Assembly (NCBI GenBank): GCA_038043305.1
Contig: JBBTCG010000069.1
Span: 1 to 35,174 of the forward strand
Direction: 5' to 3'
From: Deltaproteobacteria bacterium
GTDB taxonomy: Bacteria > Desulfobacterota > GWC2-55-46
Length of the DNA: 35,174 bases
The notes beneath the pieces were generated by a model, which saw only the letters and a program-made list of their open reading frames with translations, was not told the DNA's origin and ran no database searches. The position numbers were made by a program, and so were the translations under genes. How positions within the stretch are numbered: position 1 is the first letter of the stretch; each line of letters starts with the position of its first letter. Of this stretch, positions 30,955-35,174 are shown piece after piece.

Positions 30955-33372
30955 CTACGGACTGGTCTGCTCGGTGTTTTTTTCGGCCTGCGTCTTCGAC
31001 TCGTTGTCCATCATTGACAAGGAAAAGTCTTTGGCACGGCCAGGGTCCGTTGCCGCTGAGGCAGGCGCAGTGCCTGTCTTGAAGACCTCGAATACGGCGT
31101 TTTGCGTTGAGCCGTCGGCTCGCGCGCCCGTCGCAGGGTCTATCTTGACGAACTCCACGTTGTCAGGGGCCTGAAAGTTCCTTACAGGCTCGTCGGCCAG
31201 AGCGCCTTTCATAAACTTAATCCATATAGGCAGCGCGGCAACGGCGCCGGTCTCGTGCGCCCCGAGAGCGCGCTGGTCATCATAGCCGATCCACGCGGTG
31301 GCGGCAAGCCCTGGCACGTATCCTACGAACCATGCGTCATTCAAGTCGTTTGTAGTTCCAGTCTTTCCAGCCGCGGGTCTGCCCAAAGCCTTTGCCCTTG
31401 CGCCTGTGCCGTTTTCAATGACGCCCTGCAGGAGGCTCGTCATAACATAGGCCGTTTGCGGGCTTATTGCCGGTGTAACAACGCTCCCGTTTTCCTCAAG
31501 CACGTTGCCGGAGGCGTCGGTTATCTTCGTTATGAATACCGGGACCGCGCGCGAACCGAGATTGGCCAGCGTTGAAAAGGCGGTGGTCATCTCAAGAGGC
31601 GTTACTACGGATGAGCCGAGCGCAAGCGACAGATCAGGCGCAAGAGGCGAGTTTATGCCAAGAAGACGCGCATACTCAATGGCGCGTCCGACGCCGATAT
31701 CCTTCAATATCTTGATGGTAACGACGTTTCGGGATTTGGCAAGCGCCTCTCTGAGCGTGGTCGGGCCGGTAAAATGCTCGTCATAGTTCTTAGGTCTCCA
31801 CTGTTCCTTTTCCGGCTCTTTTCCTGTATCACTTTCATTAACCGGCGTATCCTTTGTTTGCTCGAATATAAGCGGAGAGTCCATGATTATGGAGGCCGGG
31901 GTGTAGTCCTTGTCAATCGCCGCGGTGTAGATTATGGGCTTAAAGGCGCTGCCCGGCTGCCTTAGCGCCTGCACGGAGCGGTTGAACTGACTCTTTGAAA
32001 AGTCAAGACCGCCGGTCATGGCGCGGACATAACCGGTCTCAGGCTCCATTGCAACGAGCGCGGCCTGCGCGATTGGCTCCTGTTCAAGCTGCAATTGCAA
32101 AGGCGCGTTGGAGGGCGCGGCCTTTAGCCGTACCTCTAAAACGTCTCCTGGCTTGAAGAGTTTTTTAAGCTCAACGTATTTGCCCGCGTCGGGCTTTGCC
32201 TCTGGATTATAAAGCCTTGCCCAGTCCATGTCGTACTTCGATATGACGCCCTTCCTGCTTCCGGCCTCGACAAGCAAGGATGAATCTTTCTGATTGAACG
32301 ACACGACGACCGCCTGAAATAAATCGCCCTCAGCCATCGGCAAGACGGCTAATTTTTTGTCCATTTCGGTTTTGAATACGGCTGTCTCTTCGGGCGTCTT
32401 GAGCGTTGCCTGAGCCCCCCTGAAGCCGTGGCGCTTGTCATACTCCCTGAGTCCTTCGCTTGTCGCGGCGTTCGCGGCCCTTTGCGCGTTCACGTCAAGC
32501 GTCGTGTACACGGTAAGACCGCCCTTATACAGAGTATCCTCGCCATACTTTTCCTCGATGTGCCGCCTTATGTGCTCGGTGAAATACGGCCCCACCCAAA
32601 GAGCGTCGGTCCTGCGCTCCGTGTTGAGTTTGATCTTTTCAGCAACGGCCTTGTCCGCCTCAGAGAGTTTTATATAGCCCTCTTCAACCATGCGCGACAG
32701 GACGAACGCCTGACGTTTTTTTGCAAGCTCAGGATTTACGAACGGAGAATACTTGCTCGGCGCCTTTGGAAGGCTTGCAAGGATAGCGGCCTCGGCAAGG
32801 GTAAGCCTCTCGACGTTCTTCCCGAAGTATGCGTCCGAGGCGGTCTGCACTCCGTATACGCCGTTGCCGAGATAGATTTGATTGAGGTACAGGTGCAGTA
32901 TCTCGTCCTTGGTAAGGTGTTTTTCAATCCTGTAGGCCATGATGGCCTCTCGTATCTTTCTGGAAACTTTTCTCTCAGGCGTAAGAAAAAAACTTCTTGC
33001 AACCTGCTGAGTGATGGTTGAGCCGCCCTGCACGACCTTTCCGGCCAAGACGTTCTTGTACATGGCCCTGAGGATGGCAAGGTAGCTGATGCCCTCGTGC
33101 TCATAGAAGTGCGAGTCCTCGGCGGCGAGGAAGGCGTTGATAAGATGTTTGGGAACGCGCTCCAACCCTACGACGACCCTTCTTTCCGTATAAAACTCGC
33201 CTATGAGCTGGCCGTCGTGGGAAAAAGCCTTTGTTACCCTCTGCGGATGATAATCCTCTATCCTCTCAAGCGACGGCAGACCCCATGTGAAGTAAAAGTA
33301 TCCGCCAAGCGCCAGTGAGATTAAAGCTATTATGCCGATTCCGATAATCCTGTGAGAGCGCCTGAGTTTCAT
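30955..33372 (-). CDS. mrcA: Class A penicillin-binding protein 1A (glycosyltransferase plus transpeptidase)
   Basis: GT51 motifs EDSHFYEHEGI, GGSTITQQ and RKIREA. Transpeptidase motifs SAFKP, SRN and KTGTTN. N-terminal TM anchor and an AGGAG SD. Confidence 0.9.
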   Translation of the reverse strand: MKLRRSHRIIGIGIIALISLALGGYFYFTWGLPSLERIEDYHPQRVTKAFSHDGQLIGEFYTERRVVVGLERVPKHLINAFLAAEDSHFYEHEGISYLAILRAMYKNVLAGKVVQGGSTITQQVARSFFLTPERKVSRKIREAIMAYRIEKHLTKDEILHLYLNQIYLGNGVYGVQTASDAYFGKNVERLTLAEAAILASLPKAPSKYSPFVNPELAKKRQAFVLSRMVEEGYIKLSEADKAVAEKIKLNTERRTDALWVGPYFTEHIRRHIEEKYGEDTLYKGGLTVYTTLDVNAQRAANAATSEGLREYDKRHGFRGAQATLKTPEETAVFKTEMDKKLAVLPMAEGDLFQAVVVSFNQKDSSLLVEAGSRKGVISKYDMDWARLYNPEAKPDAGKYVELKKLFKPGDVLEVRLKAAPSNAPLQLQLEQEPIAQAALVAMEPETGYVRAMTGGLDFSKSQFNRSVQALRQPGSAFKPIIYTAAIDKDYTPASIIMDSPLIFEQTKDTPVNESDTGKEPEKEQWRPKNYDEHFTGPTTLREALAKSRNVVTIKILKDIGVGRAIEYARLLGINSPLAPDLSLALGSSVVTPLEMTTAFSTLANLGSRAVPVFITKITDASGNVLEENGSVVTPAISPQTAYVMTSLLQGVIENGTGARAKALGRPAAGKTGTTNDLNDAWFVGYVPGLAATAWIGYDDQRALGAHETGAVAALPIWIKFMKGALADEPVRNFQAPDNVEFVKIDPATGARADGSTQNAVFEVFKTGTAPASAATDPGRAKDFSLSMMDNESKTQAEKNTEQTSP

Positions 33373-33440
33373 TACTCTCCTGTTGTTTATAAATTCTTAT
33401 CCTCATAGTATACTATAGGGATGAGCCTGAAAGCAATTAA

Positions 33441-33554
33441 AGGCCGTAAATACCGTGAACCGTGTCCGTGAAAGGATGCAACCCCCAACCCCCTAAATCC
33501 CCCTTGTCAGGGGGACTTTATCAGGGGGACTTCTACGGTTCACGCATCACGGCC
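33441..33554. repeat. Composite palindromic element: flanking CCGTGAA heptad arms enclosing a C-rich/G-rich hairpin module
   Basis: AGGCCGTAAATACCGTGAACCGTGTCCGTGAAAGG, then GCAACCCCCAACCCCCTAAATCCCCCTTGTCAGGGGGACTTTATCAGGGGGAC, then TTCTACGGTTCACGCATCACGGCCT. Confidence 0.65.
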
Positions 33555-33599
33555 TATAGTTGATAAATTAAAGCATTTGGGTTAAATTCAGATAATACT

Positions 33600-35174
33600 A
33601 TGGTTAGACTTGAAGACATAATCGAAAGGGTTGGCGCATACAACCCGTCCGCGGATCTCGACCTGATAAGGAAGGCGTACGTCTTTTCCGGCGTGGTGCA
33701 TCAGGGGCAGGTAAGGCTTTCGGGAGAGCCTTATCTTGATCATCCGTTGGAGGTGGCAAATATCCTGACCGAACTCAAGATGGACGCCGGGAGCGTGGCA
33801 ACCGGGCTTTTGCACGACACGGTTGAGGATACCCACACCACTATTGAGAAGATAGAGGAGACGTTCGGAGCCGAGATAGCCGCTCTCGTTGACGGCCTTA
33901 CCAAGCTCTCCCGCATAACCTTTGACAGCAAGGAAGATCACGAGGCGGAAAACTTCAGGAAGATGATCCTTGCAATGGGCAAGGATATCAGGGTCATCGT
34001 CATAAAACTTGCGGACAGGCTCCATAATATGAGAACCCTCCGCGCCCTGCCTCAGCCGAAACAGATCAAGATTGCAAGAGAGACGCTCGACATATACGCC
34101 CCGCTTGCAAACAGACTCGGCATCGGATGGATGAAGACCGAACTTGAAGACCTTGCCTTCATGTACCTTGAGCCTGAAAAGCACGCATGGCTCACGGACA
34201 GGTTGCTGCGCGAGGCGGATTCGCGCGCGGATTACATAAATAACGTCAAGGCGATTATAGAGGAAAAACTTGCCGGGCATAATATCTCCGGAGAGGTAAG
34301 CGGGCGGGCAAAGCACCTGTACAGCATACATAAAAAGATGAGCGAGCAGGACATGGATTTTGAGAACATCTACGACATCCTTGCCTTTCGCGTCATAGTA
34401 AAGACGATAGGAGAGTGTTACGCGGTTCTTGGCGTCGTCCATTCAACGTGGAAGCCGGTGCCGGGAAGGTTCAAGGACTTCATAGCCCTGCCCAAGGGCA
34501 ACATGTACCAGTCGCTCCATACCACGGTTGTAGGCCCGTTCGGCTTGCGGATGGAGGTGCAGATTCGCACCGAGGAGATGCACAGGATCGCCGAGTACGG
34601 AATCGCCGCTCACTGGAAGTACAAGGAAGGCCGCGAGATAGAGACAAAGGACGAGAAGAACTTCGCATGGCTCAGACAGCTTCTTGAATGGCAGCGCGAT
34701 CTGAAGGACTCGGCGGAGTTCATGGAGTCGGTAAGGGTAGACCTTTTTCCGGCCGAGGTCTTTGTCTTCACGCCAAAGGGCGCCATCAAGGAGTTCCCGT
34801 CCGGCGCGACGACCGTTGACTTTGCTTATGGCATACACACCGACGTCGGCAACAGGTGCGCCGGCGCAAAGGTGAACGGCAAGATGGTTCCATTGAGGTA
34901 TCAGCTCAGGAACGGCGACGTGGTTGAGATAATCACGGCACAGAGTCATCATCCAAGCAAGGATTGGCTTGGTTTCGTCGCCACGTCGCGCGCCAAGACG
35001 CGCATACGCCATTGGACTAAAACCGAGGAACGCGGGCAAAGCATCGCCCTTGGCAGGGAGTTGTGCGAAAAGGAGTTCGGCAAGCACGGCCTTGAACTTG
35101 GGAAGCTCGTCAAGTCCGGCGAGTTGGACAGGATTGCAAAGGAACAGTTCGGCCTTCAGGTGGCGGACAGCTTC
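33600..35174 (+). CDS. spoT: Bifunctional (p)ppGpp synthetase/hydrolase (RelA/SpoT homologue), 3' end outside the window
   Basis: My own translation from ATG 33600 gives MVRLEDIIERVGAYNPSADLDLIRKAYVFSGVVHQGQVRLSGEPYLDHPLEVA..HDTVEDT (HD domain). It continues ..HSTWKPVPGRFKDFIALPKGNMYQSLHTTVVGPFGLRMEVQIRTEEMHRIAEYGIAAHWKYKEG (synthetase) and ..VFVFTPKGAIKEFPSGATTVDFAYGIHTDVGNRCAGAKVNGKMVPL (TGS). At the three places checked (33600, 34440, 35061) these motifs are in one frame, and I met no stop in the stretches I translated. The gene is absent from the track because no stop is reached. Confidence 0.9.
   Translation, partial: MVRLEDIIERVGAYNPSADLDLIRKAYVFSGVVHQGQVRLSGEPYLDHPLEVANILTELKMDAGSVATGLLHDTVEDTHTTIEKIEETFGAEIAALVDGLTKLSRITFDSKEDHEAENFRKMILAMGKDIRVIVIKLADRLHNMRTLRALPQPKQIKIARETLDIYAPLANRLGIGWMKTELEDLAFMYLEPEKHAWLTDRLLREADSRADYINNVKAIIEEKLAGHNISGEVSGRAKHLYSIHKKMSEQDMDFENIYDILAFRVIVKTIGECYAVLGVVHSTWKPVPGRFKDFIALPKGNMYQSLHTTVVGPFGLRMEVQIRTEEMHRIAEYGIAAHWKYKEGREIETKDEKNFAWLRQLLEWQRDLKDSAEFMESVRVDLFPAEVFVFTPKGAIKEFPSGATTVDFAYGIHTDVGNRCAGAKVNGKMVPLRYQLRNGDVVEIITAQSHHPSKDWLGFVATSRAKTRIRHWTKTEERGQSIALGRELCEKEFGKHGLELGKLVKSGELDRIAKEQFGLQVADSF

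Noticed and set aside
33588-35087. Two long minus-strand ORFs (284 aa and 214 aa) listed in the track
   Set aside because: They lie antisense to a RelA/SpoT reading frame whose motifs stay in phase at every point checked. Their products are Arg/Leu/Pro/Gly-rich with no motifs, which is typical of shadow ORFs.
1-35174. tRNA, rRNA, prophage, IS element or integrase content; in-frame TGA selenoprotein genes
   Set aside because: No tRNA T-arm or acceptor patterns, rRNA-like stretches, transposase, integrase or phage structural motifs were seen. No pair of adjacent same-frame ORFs separated by a single TGA was seen.

Overview
This is a 35.2-kb bacterial chromosomal window with moderate GC and dense coding on both strands. 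Several genes use GTG or TTG starts. No rRNA, tRNA, CRISPR array, transposase or integrase was recognised.

Most of the window is housekeeping:
- cutA
- an SOS pair, lexA-dinB
- a DEAD-box helicase
- a mobB-mobA-mazG operon
- selA-yqhA
- a PAS-GAF-GGDEF diguanylate cyclase
- a purB-purC-purS-purQ-metF cluster
- moaA
- a class A PBP
- a 3'-truncated RelA/SpoT gene that is absent from the supplied ORF track because it runs off the window end

Accessory content sits at the left edge (1-3115). It holds the tail of an MmeI-family RM enzyme, an MNT/HEPN toxin-antitoxin pair, an orphan RHH protein and an HprK/PEPCK-like P-loop protein. A second accessory block lies at 6.2-8.3 kb, with an HpaA-like lipoprotein, a Cys-less papain-like fragment and a heptad-repeat coiled-coil protein.

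The most unusual signal is non-coding. A roughly 100-bp repeat with a hairpin at one end occurs six times, in both orientations and always between genes. Copies sit at 1921, 8351, 23069, 23159, 26764 and 27586, and two of them provide the C-terminal codons and stop of purB and purC.

A second family consists of 7-nt-periodic palindromic elements (CCGTGAA / CCGATAA units). These sit at gene 3' ends and supply the terminal codons of two convergent genes.

Other unexplained structures are a roughly 150-bp nested inverted repeat upstream of the cyclase gene, an 83-nt hairpin upstream of a large lipoprotein gene, and a roughly 450-bp gene-free stretch bounded by two minus-strand terminators. All functional calls come from motif recognition by eye; no database search was run.
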